Source of the DNA: Tequatrovirus BCH953P4
Sequence record: OZ035789.1
Strand: one strand, 5' to 3'
Length of the DNA: 64,000 bases
Shown here: positions 9,923 through 20,110 of the stretch, piece after piece
How positions within the stretch are numbered: the first letter of the stretch is position 1
Layout of the letters: each line of letters starts with the position of its first letter
Position numbers and translations under genes: made by a program
Notes under the pieces: generated by a model
What the model saw: the letters and a program-made list of their open reading frames with translations, nothing else
Told to the model about the DNA's origin: nothing
Databases searched by the model: none

Positions 9923-10806
9923 TTCAATTTCCTATTTACATAATAGTTAGACCAGGACCGTACAGCACCCTGATAAGATTCGTCGTTAAACCCATTAGCT
10001 ACTGCAATTTTACGAAATTTATTATAACTCGGTTTTCCGTAAGCATGCCATAAAGATTTTAATTCATCTTCATGTTCAATCCAAGTTCCTCTAGCTTTAG
10101 ATTTTCTAAATTTTGATTTGAATTCCGGTGAATTATTTCTAACAGTTGCTTGAATTGAAGCCCTCTGTCTTCTTTCAGCATTATTCCATAACTCTTTTTG
10201 AGATTTAGAAATTTTTGATTTTACACTTTCTGAATTCATTATATCACTAAACTTTTTAGCATAACTACAATCAAGATATTTCAATTTCATCTTATTTGAA
10301 AGTTTAAGCTTTTTCTCATCGGTCCAGTGATTCTTCATTGAATTAGATATTTTGTATTTTACGTCAGAACTATGTTTGTAACCTTTACGAATACCAACAT
10401 AATCGGGCGTAATTTCAGATTGCGAAAGCTTTACAATTTTTCCAGTTAAAACATTTTTATATGTTCCATATCCTTTAGCGCCAATTAAAGTATTTTCATC
10501 TGCGTATGCTTTATTAAAATATTTTATATTACTTTTTGCTTTAACTTTTAATTGAAAAAATCTTTCCAATTTTCTTGGATCTAATATAGTTTCAGCTAAA
10601 ATTTTGACGGTATATTTAGTGGTTTTAATAAGCTCAAAATATTCATCGCTATAACTCGATGACACGCTTCCAGTATAAATCTTTCCAGCTGAATCAATTA
10701 TATTTGTTCCATCGAAAATTGCGTCAATTTTCGAACCTATATAATAACATGGAAAAATATTTTTAGCTTCCCGCTCTGGAAAGCTAATAAGATATACTAA
10801 ATTCAT
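9919..10806 (-). mobile_element. free-standing GIY-YIG homing endonuclease (Seg-like), inserted between rpbA and 45
   Basis: 295 aa; N-terminal VYLISF...CYYIGSK GIY-YIG motif; lysine/serine-rich C-terminal DNA-binding-like repeats; 4-bp overlaps with both neighbours. Confidence 0.7.
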
Positions 10807-11192
10807 TTATTAAAATCAGCTGCGATTGTTTCGGCAACAATTTGAGCAGCAACAATCAGACGTTCATCTGCATTGCCGCAATATTCATCTTCAAGGCGTT
10901 CACCACATGAAGTCATAATAAATTTAGCACCGGCGTTTAGGGATTCTGTAGTATGTTTGCGCATTAGTTCAATCCATTTATTACTTACTTCACGATCGAT
11001 AGCTTCATAATACGCATGACGAGCAGGTGCAGATTTAATTTTGTTCTGAATAACTTCCATTGCGTTATCAGAAAGAGACAAAACCCATGCTCGACGAATT
11101 TTATTTTGGTTTTGTGGATTTGATTCAGAACGCACGTGTTTTGGCTGAATATCTTTTACATCAACAGTATAATTCACAGTAATTTTAGTCAT
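10803..11192 (-). CDS. rpbA: RNA polymerase binding protein RpbA
   Basis: 129 aa as in T4 rpbA; position between 46 and 45. Confidence 0.75.
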   Translation of the reverse strand: MTKITVNYTVDVKDIQPKHVRSESNPQNQNKIRRAWVLSLSDNAMEVIQNKIKSAPARHAYYEAIDREVSNKWIELMRKHTTESLNAGAKFIMTSCGERLEDEYCGNADERLIVAAQIVAETIAADFNK

Positions 11193-11201
11193 AATACACC
11201 T

Positions 11202-11393
11202 TTAGTCATAATAATCAGTGACAGTCCAAGCTTCATTTCTATTGGACATTATTTTTGTATATTCTGCTTTAAATGCATTCCTAAGCATAGATTCAGTAAC
11301 TATATGCTCTTCATTAGAAAAATTATTTCTCAGAATATATCGTTTTATTTCAGGAATAGTTAATAGATGCTGTCCGGTTGAATATTCTGCCAC
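11202..11393 (-). CDS. small hypothetical protein (45.2 position)
   Basis: 63 aa ORF, syntenic with T4 45.2. Confidence 0.5.
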   Translation of the reverse strand: MAEYSTGQHLLTIPEIKRYILRNNFSNEEHIVTESMLRNAFKAEYTKIMSNRNEAWTVTDYYD

Positions 11394-11403
11394 AATTCCT
11401 CCG

Positions 11404-11411
11404 TATAAATA
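11404..11411 (+). promoter_or_regulatory. late promoter TATAAATA upstream of the plus-strand HNH endonuclease
   Basis: exact TATAAATA octamer 34 bp upstream of the ATG at 11445. Confidence 0.5.
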
Positions 11412-11444
11412 TGTTTATCACTCGCTGTATCAAAAGGATATGTT

Positions 11445-12161
11445 ATGAATTATAAACTAATTTATGAAAAGTTAATCTCTAATGCTAAATCTCGAAAACT
11501 TGATTGCTATACTGAATCTCATCACATTATACCACGCTGTTTAAATGGCAGCGATGATGCTTCAAACTTAGTAGATTTAACACCAGAAGAGCACTATGTA
11601 GCTCATCAACTTTTAGTAAAAATTTATCCTTCTGAACCAAAATTAGTATATGCTGCTAACATGATGACAGTTTCCACGAAATACGCTAAACGCAACAATA
11701 AAACTTTCGGTTGGATTCGTCGTAAACTCTGGGAAATAGAAAAGAACAAAGAATTCTCCCAGGAGACACGAAAGAAAATGTCTGATGCAGTAGCTAATAA
11801 AGCAAGACTAACTTGTCCTCATTGCGGTAAGTCTGGATTAAGCGGGAATATGAATCGTTGGCATTTTGATAACTGCCCAAATCACCCTAATCCTAAAGTT
11901 AGACCACCAATGTCTAAAGAACACAGAAATAATATCTCAAACGGGCTTAAAGCAATCGTTCTTGAAGAAACATCTTGCGAATTCTGCGGAATGATAGGCA
12001 AGAAATGCGTTATCGCAGCGCATAGAAATTTCTGCAAGAAAAATCCAAATGGACGCAAGAAAACTGAAAAGACTGGTACTTGCGTCCATTGTGGTAAAGT
12101 TACCACTTTCGGAAATTTATCAAGATGGCATAATGATAACTGTAAATATAAACCTAGCTAA
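11445..12161 (+). mobile_element. free-standing HNH homing endonuclease (Mob-like) with three C-terminal CxxC...H...C zinc modules; opposite strand to all neighbours
   Basis: 238 aa; ESHHIIPRCLNGSDD...NLVDLTPEEHYVAH HNH motif; repeats TCPHCGKSGLSGNMNRWHFDNC and TCVHCGKVTTFGNLSRWHNDNC. Confidence 0.8.
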
Positions 12162-13842
12162 TCTTAGCTAAACTAAATCTACCAACTTTTTCCATCTGAA
12201 TATGCTGACCATATTCTTGTGGGTCATGGTCTTTATGCGAAATTATGAAGAAGTTGGTATCCTTCAAACCATCTAAAATTTTAGCTACATTTTTAATACC
12301 TTCAGCATCAAATGCACCGTCATACACTTCATCAAGAAATAAACAACTTATTTTAACACCTGAAACTTTTTCAGCAATATCACGCCAAGTAAATAAAAGA
12401 GCAATATCAATTCGTGCTTTTTCACCTTGACTGAATGAAGCATAACTAAAATCTTCACGACCACGGGATTTAATTGTCTCATTAAATTCTTCATCTAATG
12501 TAAACACATAATCCGCTTCCATTATTTTAAGATAATGGTTAATCTGCTTATTAAATAATGGAATGTACTTTTTAATAATAGCACCTTTAATACCAGAATC
12601 TTTGAGCATATCAGTCAAAATTCCTCGGTGGTATTTTTCCATTACTAAATTAGTTTTTGTCTTAACAATTTTATCAAGTTCTTCTTGAAGCAGTGCTATT
12701 TCATCAGCATGGTCAATAAACTCAGAAGATGCTTTTTCTATAGCCGCTTTAACCTTTTTAGCTTTATCTACTGCTGCGATCAAAGATTGCTTTTTATTGC
12801 GAATATCATTTGCCAACGACTGTTGGGTTTTAATATTATCTCGGTATTCATCAACAAGAACTTTTAAATTATCACGATGTGTTGAAAGCTGTTCAAACGA
12901 ATGCGTACATTCAGAAACTTTATCTTTAATTTTAGAAACAACTTTATCACCGGAACTCAATTGTGACAAACAGGTTGGACATAATCCACCTTCGTGATAC
13001 ATATTAATGACTTTATTATACGAGTCAATTTTTGATTTAATTAAAAATGCTTCTTGACCGATTTTATTAAATGCATCAGTTGGGTCTTCGTCTAAAACAA
13101 TATTAACTAATCTTTCATTAGCTTCTTCTATTTCCGATTTTAGCGTTCTAGCTTCTTTTGCCAAATCATCATACATATTTTGCAGACGAGTAAGGTTGTC
13201 ACCCGTTAATTTTTTCTGGCGTTCAACGTTATCATTATATATTTTAATTTGTTGGATAATACTATCTTTTTTAACATCAAGCACTTGGTTCTGCGAATTT
13301 AATTCGCGTATTAGTGCTTTATTAAGCTTATCCATTTCAGCTAATGTTCCTACCTCAAGCAGGTCTTCCACAAGCTTTCTTCGCGCAGGGGTCGACAAAC
13401 CCATGAAAGGGGTATACCCTGCTGTACCAAGGACAACAATCTGCTTGAAACTGGCATATGACATTCCGATAAGCTGTTCAAATTCTGCTTGGAAATCTTT
13501 ACTGCTGGCAGATTCATTAAGACGTGTACCGTTAACGGTGATTTCGAAAACGTTTGGTTTTTGTCCTCTTTTGATATAGTACTTTTTCTCATCATATTCC
13601 ATCCACAGTTCAACTAAAAGTTCTTTCTTATTTGTGCTGTTTATTAATTGACCTTTCTTTACATCACGAAATGGCTTGCCAAAAAGCCCAAACGTGATGG
13701 CTTCTAGCATAGTAGACTTACCACCGCCATTTCGTCCAGTAATAAGAGTTTTTTGAACCTTATCTAATTGAATGTCAATCCCATTTTGACCAACTGACAT
13801 TATATTTTTATATTTTACTCTATTAAGTTTAAAATTCTTCAC
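12154..13842 (-). CDS. 46: recombination nuclease subunit, SbcC/Rad50-like ATPase
   Basis: 562 aa; Walker A GRNGGGKST; long coiled coil; C-terminal signature and Walker B. Confidence 0.92.
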   Translation of the reverse strand: MKNFKLNRVKYKNIMSVGQNGIDIQLDKVQKTLITGRNGGGKSTMLEAITFGLFGKPFRDVKKGQLINSTNKKELLVELWMEYDEKKYYIKRGQKPNVFEITVNGTRLNESASSKDFQAEFEQLIGMSYASFKQIVVLGTAGYTPFMGLSTPARRKLVEDLLEVGTLAEMDKLNKALIRELNSQNQVLDVKKDSIIQQIKIYNDNVERQKKLTGDNLTRLQNMYDDLAKEARTLKSEIEEANERLVNIVLDEDPTDAFNKIGQEAFLIKSKIDSYNKVINMYHEGGLCPTCLSQLSSGDKVVSKIKDKVSECTHSFEQLSTHRDNLKVLVDEYRDNIKTQQSLANDIRNKKQSLIAAVDKAKKVKAAIEKASSEFIDHADEIALLQEELDKIVKTKTNLVMEKYHRGILTDMLKDSGIKGAIIKKYIPLFNKQINHYLKIMEADYVFTLDEEFNETIKSRGREDFSYASFSQGEKARIDIALLFTWRDIAEKVSGVKISCLFLDEVYDGAFDAEGIKNVAKILDGLKDTNFFIISHKDHDPQEYGQHIQMEKVGRFSLAKIS

Positions 13843-14102
13843 AAAAGATTCCTTTTAATGTATCTTTTAGACCATTCTATCATATCATCATAATCTAAAA
13901 AGTATTCATCAAATTCAGCCATGCAAACAACACCTTGCGCTGTTTTTGATGTGATATAAATTATTCCAACATATCTAGAATCTTCTTCGGTATAATTAAT
14001 GTTTGCTATGAATTCATCATTAATGTCAAATGTCGAAAACTTCACAGTATGCATCCTTAATACAAGATACAGCCATATCTCGTAATGATTTAGGTGTGTC
14101 AT
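13839..14102 (-). CDS. small hypothetical protein (46.1 position); true start uncertain
   Basis: 87 aa ORF overlapping the next ORF by 77 nt in another frame. Confidence 0.4.
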   Translation of the reverse strand: MTHLNHYEIWLYLVLRMHTVKFSTFDINDEFIANINYTEEDSRYVGIIYITSKTAQGVVCMAEFDEYFLDYDDMIEWSKRYIKRNLL

Positions 14103-14289
14103 TATCTAAAATGTTGAAGTTAAAAGATACAGCCCAGTCAGTGCAGACCGTGACCTTTTTAATACAATTATCTTCAGCCTCTAACGGTTCAAACCAATAT
14201 TCAATAATTTCTTTATGTCCAATATCATCTTTTACTTCGCATTCAAAATGCTGACTCATCATAACATTTTTAAATTCATCAAAAGTCAT
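14026..14289 (-). CDS. small hypothetical protein (46.2 position)
   Basis: 87 aa ORF, start overlaps the gene 47 stop. Confidence 0.45.
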   Translation of the reverse strand: MTFDEFKNVMMSQHFECEVKDDIGHKEIIEYWFEPLEAEDNCIKKVTVCTDWAVSFNFNILDNDTPKSLRDMAVSCIKDAYCEVFDI

Positions 14290-15305
14290 TGTGTTGCCTC
14301 TACATATAACTGATTTGCATATTGAATAAGTGCTTCACGGTCAGAATCAGTGATGTCTGGAATTGCATTAATGTATTCTTCCATCAACGTCTGAAGAGAT
14401 TGAACTTCAACTTCTTCACTGTCATCTGACTCGACAGAGTTATCAATTTTTGACACAACTCGTAATGAATGCACAACTTTTTCTAGTTCAGATTCGAACT
14501 TCGTTAGATTTTTGTCTACTTCAGTTACTATAACACGTACTGATAGATTTGTAAAATCTTTATAGTCAATTTTTCCTTTAAATGGATAATGAATTCTACG
14601 ATGCCAGGTAGTGTTGTTTGGAATAAATTCCATTTGTTCTGTTTCTGTATCAAACATCCAGAACCCACGAGGGTCATTCTCGTCACCTGCAGTTAGTGTC
14701 CATGGTGTCCCAATATATCTGACGTTAGCAGCCTCAGAGATAGTATGGAAGTGACCAGACCACACTTCTTTATAAGTCTTAAGGAAATCAGGTTCAAGAC
14801 CATGAGATTTCATTCCTTTATAAAAATAAAATCCGTTCAGTTCCCAGTGACCAACGCAAAAAGAAGCAGATGAAGTTTTGATGTGTTCAAGAATTTCACC
14901 AGTATTTTCTTCACACATCCAAGGAATTAAATCAATTAAACATCCGTCAAAATCTACTGTAGTAGGCTTATCATATACTTTAACATTAGGATATTTAGCC
15001 AAAAGCTCAGTAGAGGCATTTGGATGCATTACATTTTTGTAGTGGAGATCGTGATTTCCTACAATAGTATGTAATGTGATTCCAGCATCATCAAGCATTT
15101 GAACTATTTCACGGGCAAACTCCATAGTTTTATGTGTGATCGCTTTTCGTACATCAAAAATATCACCATATTGAATCCATACAGTAATTCCATTTTTCTT
15201 AGAATATTCTATCGCTTGTTTAATTCCATCAATTTGAATACCGCGAATCCACTCATCATCGGCTTTAACGCCTAAATGCCAATCACCTAAATTTAAAATT
15301 TTCAT
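14286..15305 (-). CDS. 47: recombination nuclease subunit, Mre11/SbcD-like phosphoesterase
   Basis: 339 aa as in T4 gp47; calcineurin-like motifs (LGDWHLG, GNHD). Confidence 0.92.
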   Translation of the reverse strand: MKILNLGDWHLGVKADDEWIRGIQIDGIKQAIEYSKKNGITVWIQYGDIFDVRKAITHKTMEFAREIVQMLDDAGITLHTIVGNHDLHYKNVMHPNASTELLAKYPNVKVYDKPTTVDFDGCLIDLIPWMCEENTGEILEHIKTSSASFCVGHWELNGFYFYKGMKSHGLEPDFLKTYKEVWSGHFHTISEAANVRYIGTPWTLTAGDENDPRGFWMFDTETEQMEFIPNNTTWHRRIHYPFKGKIDYKDFTNLSVRVIVTEVDKNLTKFESELEKVVHSLRVVSKIDNSVESDDSEEVEVQSLQTLMEEYINAIPDITDSDREALIQYANQLYVEATQ

Positions 15306-15465
15306 ATATCAAGAACCGTCATTGAAATGCAAAATAAAATTATTGAAATAAATCCATCTGGAGTGCTAAAGAACCCAATCCAACATGCTCTAGTGAATAG
15401 ATAAAATGCAAGAAAAAGTATCACATATCCAAGAAATATCATTATATCAAACTCCGTATAAAGCT

Positions 15466-15484
15466 AAAGGGCCGAAGCCCTTTA
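15466..15484 (-). terminator. hairpin AAAGGGC-UUCG-GCCCUUU at the alpha-gt stop
   Basis: 7-bp stem, 4-nt loop. Confidence 0.55.
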
Positions 15485-16684
15485 TTTTGTAATAATGTCA
15501 AACTGTTCTTTAAAGCAGAAGCTTGAATCTTGATGCTGATACAAAAATTCATATGCTTTTTCTCGCTCACGGTCATAAAGAGCTCGGTCAGATGACAGTT
15601 CTTTAATACGCTCGAATGTTGATTCCATGTCATTTTCATCAAACCAAACGATACCGCTATCATGCGAGGTCAAAGGAGTATTATCAACACGGAATTTTAA
15701 ATTTTCGCCAGTAGATTTCCAAAATACCGGAATTGTTCCACATGCACCAAGCTCGAGGTGAGTATATTCTAAAGAGCGCTGTAGATATTTTTTATCCAAC
15801 TTACTCAACTGATAACCAAATCCGGATTTACTCATACGTTCAAGCATTTCGCTATTTACATAACGATCGAGAATTTGCGTTGGTAAATTAGGAGCAATTT
15901 TAATTTGGTCTACTTGATGAAGACGATAATACTCGTATGGAATTCCTTTTTCTTTAATAGGAATGAACGCTGGAGAACGTTCCAGACCTTCCATAATAGT
16001 ACTTAGTCCTGCAGGTTTAAGATGTTTTTCGTGAAAATCAAACATCTGATAAAAACCTTTCCATGTAGTCGTACGACCAATCCAACGGTTGATATTCATG
16101 TTAATTTCAGAAACATCTTTCCAGTAGGTTGATCGAACCTTCGCAATATCCATAGGAGGCTGAAAGTTGTATACGGTCGGTGCTTCTTCAATATCATCAA
16201 ACAGAGAAACTGTTTCTGGATACCATTCTTTCATCAGAACTTTATTAAAATCACCATTATCAGAATGGCTAAAAATAACATCAGCTCGACGAACAGTTTC
16301 TTCTAATCCCAAATTTCGACGCAAAGAAAGAGAAGAATGGTCATGTTGATAAACTACAACACGAACCGAAGGTTTAATGTTATCAATAATTTTTTTATAG
16401 TTATTAATAGTGTCTTCTTCAACTGAAGTAGCAGGAACGGAATTGATAATTAGAATATCACAATCATTTACCAGCTTAAGTGTTTTATCGTATTCTTTTG
16501 CCAATAAAACCGGAATTGAAAATGATTTATAATCATGCGCGCAATTACGGGTAAATGATTTATCTTTAGCATAAACCAAAGTTACTTCATGACCATTTTT
16601 AATAAACCAATCACGCTGCTCAAGAGAAAATTTAGTTACACCGCAACCTTCAAGACCCCGAGCCATAAAAATGCAAATACGCAT
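15482..16684 (-). CDS. a-gt: alpha-glucosyltransferase (DNA hydroxymethylcytosine alpha-glucosylation)
   Basis: 400 aa from MRICIFMARGLEGCGVTKF, matching the recalled T4 AGT N-terminus and length; ORF track extends 7 codons upstream. Confidence 0.85.
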   Translation of the reverse strand: MRICIFMARGLEGCGVTKFSLEQRDWFIKNGHEVTLVYAKDKSFTRNCAHDYKSFSIPVLLAKEYDKTLKLVNDCDILIINSVPATSVEEDTINNYKKIIDNIKPSVRVVVYQHDHSSLSLRRNLGLEETVRRADVIFSHSDNGDFNKVLMKEWYPETVSLFDDIEEAPTVYNFQPPMDIAKVRSTYWKDVSEINMNINRWIGRTTTWKGFYQMFDFHEKHLKPAGLSTIMEGLERSPAFIPIKEKGIPYEYYRLHQVDQIKIAPNLPTQILDRYVNSEMLERMSKSGFGYQLSKLDKKYLQRSLEYTHLELGACGTIPVFWKSTGENLKFRVDNTPLTSHDSGIVWFDENDMESTFERIKELSSDRALYDREREKAYEFLYQHQDSSFCFKEQFDIITK

Positions 16685-16742
16685 AGTTTTCCTCTTTTCA
16701 TTCAATAAATCATGTAAATAATATTTTATTTTCTATAAAACG

Positions 16743-17537
16743 CTACGAATAGGCCCAAACATATCCATAAGCAATTTTGCTTTTTCCAGATATACACTTT
16801 TTAATATTAGACATGCATCCTTTAACGGATACAGCTGCGTCTTTAATTTTAGGAAATACTCGTAATAATTTTCCAGTAGTATCATATTGAAATACTGGCA
16901 CATTTCTTTTCTGAGTTATCCCACGTTTAGATTTAGACATTTTTTGTTTAGTTGCATTAGACATCCTAGAGGGCTTTCCTATGTTATCAGAATAATAATA
17001 TTTCCATTGAAATCCTCCAGCGGTTTTCCTTTTCCCATCTACACATTGTTTAATTGAACTTGAACAGCTATATGACATATCTTCTGCAGCATCTGTAATA
17101 CATCTATATTTGCGAATAAAATTTCCATTTAAATCATATTGATAAATTGGTTTTCCAGCATTTCGTCTAGCGTTAGACATGTATTTTTTATTATCATCAT
17201 CTTTCCAGAACTCTTTCATGCCTTCCGATATTGAGGAAGATACAGCTGTTTTAATCCATCCATACATTTTATTATTTAGTCTTGTTCCGTCAGAACTATA
17301 ACACATCATACGAATAGCTAAAGCCAATTTAGGAAGTCTATAAATTTTAAATAATAATAAATGCGCGGTAAAATGTTCTTCTGGTGTCAAAAGAACTAAA
17401 TTAGTTTTATCATCTGTACCACCCATACATCTAGGAATTATATGATGAGTTTCAGTATAGTATGTCAAAAGACTTTTATCATTGCCTCTGTTTAGTCCTT
17501 TTTCGATCAGTAAATTATATATGTTTAAATAATTCAT
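16743..17537 (-). mobile_element. free-standing HNH homing endonuclease (Mob-like) with two tandem C-terminal repeat modules
   Basis: 264 aa; TETHHIIPRCMGGTDDKTNLVLLTPEEHFTAH HNH motif; repeats IKQCVDGKRKTAGGFQWKY and IKKCISGKSKIAYGYVWAY; N-terminal paralogy to the ORF at 11445. Confidence 0.8.
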
Positions 17538-17570
17538 TTTAATTATTTTATCAAAAATTTATAAAGCAAT

Positions 17571-17590
17571 ATAGGAGCCGAAGCTCCTAT
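17571..17590 (-). terminator. hairpin AUAGGAGC-UUCG-GCUCCUAU upstream of the HNH gene
   Basis: 8-bp stem, UUCG loop on the minus strand. Confidence 0.55.
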
Positions 17591-17763
17591 CCACATAATA
17601 CGCCATACAAAGGCTCATTAGAGCTTCTAAATTTTATGCGCTTATATGTTATAGTTCCTTCTGCTTTAGCTTTATCATGAGACTCTTTAAAGCGTCTCAT
17701 GATTTCTACTTTAGAGGAACGAATTTTATTATAATCTATTTCAGAAGTCTGGGTGTTCATCTT

Positions 17764-17970
17764 TCATAACTGCCACCATTTTTTGACTTGATAAGAATCA
17801 ACCCACACTTTCATATTAGGGTCTGCTCTTACAATAGGAGGATTAACTTCTTTAATTGAACTATCATGGTATTCTTTTTCAGAAATTTTCACACAAAGAT
17901 GACCATTCAAAGATTCAGTAAATCCTGCATTAATTTTAAGACGCTTGAATTTTACGTGTGTAAGCATCAA
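17764..17970 (-). CDS. small hypothetical protein (a-gt.x region)
   Basis: 68 aa ORF in a tiled minus-strand array. Confidence 0.45.
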   Translation of the reverse strand: MMLTHVKFKRLKINAGFTESLNGHLCVKISEKEYHDSSIKEVNPPIVRADPNMKVWVDSYQVKKWWQL

Positions 17971-18253
17971 TCATATCCTCAATCTGCGATCTAGTAGTCT
18001 TCCAAAGAATACTGATGAGTTCATCGTTATATGGCTGTTTTAGAATATCCCGACTTTTCTTGATAGCATATTCGTATTGAGCAAAATTATTATTTTCAGC
18101 TGCGATCTGAGCGTGCTTATAAAGACGATTCAGTTCGCGTTTGTTTTTAGACAATAACTTATTTGCTTTTCTTTCTGCTTCAAGACGGTTCTTTTCTTCA
18201 ATAGAAGAAATAAGCTTTTCCACTTCATCATTAATTTCGGGTTTATCAGTCAT
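17936..18253 (-). CDS. hypothetical coiled-coil protein
   Basis: 105 aa ORF. Confidence 0.5.
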   Translation of the reverse strand: MTDKPEINDEVEKLISSIEEKNRLEAERKANKLLSKNKRELNRLYKHAQIAAENNNFAQYEYAIKKSRDILKQPYNDELISILWKTTRSQIEDMIDAYTRKIQAS

Positions 18254-18254
18254 A

Positions 18255-18473
18255 TTATTTCTCTAATATAAAATAAAAATCATCATCTGTTAAATGATAC
18301 CGATAGTTTAATTCTACACCATTAGATTTAAAAGCGGTATCATACGGATTTTCTGGATCAATATCAATGTCAAGAGCTAAAACTTCCCTGAGATACATTT
18401 TAAGTAAATAGGGAATAGCTTCAACTTCAGGTATTTCTTCCAAGAATCCGGAGAGGTTAATCGTTAGCCTCAT
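18255..18473 (-). CDS. small hypothetical protein
   Basis: 72 aa ORF immediately downstream of gene 55. Confidence 0.5.
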
Positions 18474-19014
18474 ATAAAAAATCCAAACTAGGAGAATCGT
18501 CTACAACACTTTTCTTTTCAGCCCCCGGTGTTCTATAGGTTGATTCTTCGTAATGCGTCATTTTATCGTAGATGTCTTGAATAAAAGTTTCATCTACTAA
18601 CGCAACCATATCGTCGTCACGGCTGTCATAGACATTGTGAACGAAGTAACTATATTTCTTTGCAACTTCCTTACGTTCTTTTTTAATACGTTGGACGAAT
18701 GCATTAAAACAAGCTTGAGTTATATACGCATGTGGGTTTTTATATTTCGTTTCATCAAAATTATGAAGCCCCTTAATAGAAGCTTCTATACCATCTGCAA
18801 TCATTTCTTGTTTCCAAGACTGGGTGTATCCTGAAAAGTTGAAACGTTTAGATAAGCCTTCTGCAATAAGCATAATGGCTAATCCGATAGTATCATTCTG
18901 ACGAACTACTTTATTTGGGTCTTTATTATTTGCTAATTCTGTTTTCCAATCGATAATAGCTTGTAAAAGCTCTTTATTGTTTACGTAATTATATTTAGGC
19001 TTAGTTTCTGACAT
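18457..19014 (-). CDS. 55: late sigma factor gp55
   Basis: 185 aa from MSETKPKY as in T4 gp55; position. Confidence 0.85.
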
Positions 19015-19096
19015 TTTCACCTCTTAGCTCAATTCATAGATCTATTATATCATAATATTTGAAGATCTATCTTAAAGCATAGAGGATGAATCAATT

Positions 19097-19312
19097 TCAA
19101 GAATTCATCAGCTTAGCCGCTCCAAGAGCTGCATCTAGTGAATCAAATTGGTCAACATATTCAATCAATTCGCCGTAATTAGCATATAACCACCATTGGC
19201 TAAATTCATACTCAAGGATGAATCCATTTCCTTCAATTTGAGTTAAACCATTGCCATTTGTATTTACTTCATATCCGGCAAGACGCAAATCGTTAATAAG
19301 AGCTTCGTTCAT
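19097..19312 (-). CDS. small hypothetical protein
   Basis: 71 aa ORF. Confidence 0.45.
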   Translation of the reverse strand: MNEALINDLRLAGYEVNTNGNGLTQIEGNGFILEYEFSQWWLYANYGELIEYVDQFDSLDAALGAAKLMNS

Positions 19313-19314
19313 AA

Positions 19315-19641
19315 TTATACCTTAGTAATTTTCAGGTCTGCAAATTTTTTCTTGCGTTGATTTTTCATGCGACGAATAGTTTTATCGGAAATTTCATGCT
19401 TTTGATAAGCTTTAGATTCTACACCAAAAGCTTTAACATCAAATTCTGACAAGATATATTGAACCAACAATTCACGGACAGTATTGCGTCCAATCTTCTG
19501 ATCATTCTGTTTCATCGTCTGATGAAGCTCTTTTTCCCATTTATCCAAAATTTGAGGAGTTACAATATCGCCTTTTTCTAGCAAAGAAACTACTTTATCA
19601 TATGCGTAAGAATTAATGACGTTTTTAATTTGAATAGTCAT
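19315..19641 (-). CDS. hypothetical protein
   Basis: 108 aa ORF. Confidence 0.5.
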   Translation of the reverse strand: MTIQIKNVINSYAYDKVVSLLEKGDIVTPQILDKWEKELHQTMKQNDQKIGRNTVRELLVQYILSEFDVKAFGVESKAYQKHEISDKTIRRMKNQRKKKFADLKITKV

Positions 19642-19679
19642 ACATTATCCTCAATTACGTTAAAATTTTATTATCCAAA

Positions 19680-19695
19680 AAGGGCCGAAGCCCTT
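19680..19695 (-). terminator. hairpin AAGGGC-UUCG-GCCCUU
   Basis: 6-bp stem, UUCG loop. Confidence 0.55.
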
Positions 19696-19894
19696 AGCTA
19701 AACTTTTTGGCACCCTTCCAGCCTTCATACATCATTGCGGCTGATATTAATATTGCTCCTGAGCAACTCGAATATTTGTGATTCCAAAACCAGTTTAGAA
19801 AAACTTCATCATCAATACCTTGGGCTATCATATTTTCAAAGAACTGACGACGAGATTCGGCAATTCGTTGTGATAATTTAGATTCAGGATTCAT
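19694..19894 (-). CDS. small hypothetical protein
   Basis: 66 aa ORF. Confidence 0.45.
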   Translation of the reverse strand: MNPESKLSQRIAESRRQFFENMIAQGIDDEVFLNWFWNHKYSSCSGAILISAAMMYEGWKGAKKFS

Positions 19895-20110
19895 TTAAAT
19901 TTTCCAGTTACCGTTTTCATCAATAAATTTAATCCAGTCATTTACTGACCACTTAGTTGTATCGCCTTTTGGAGTAGCATTTAAAGTATATAGCCCTTGC
20001 TTAAAAAGCATTCGTTTGATATTCATATTTTCCTCAGCTGTAACGATAACACTCGTTTGATTTACGTTTAGCAACTCGTTGAGAAGTATTATAATCAAAA
20101 TCATCGTCAA
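19895..20110 (-). CDS. small hypothetical protein, start uncertain
   Basis: 71 aa ORF overlapping the next ORF. Confidence 0.35.
   Translation of the reverse strand: MTMILIIILLNELLNVNQTSVIVTAEENMNIKRMLFKQGLYTLNATPKGDTTKWSVNDWIKFIDENGNWKI

Noticed and set aside
15442-15663. 73-aa ORF at 15442..15663
   Set aside because: It overlaps the 3' end of alpha-gt in another frame and spans the terminator hairpin; unlikely to be coding.
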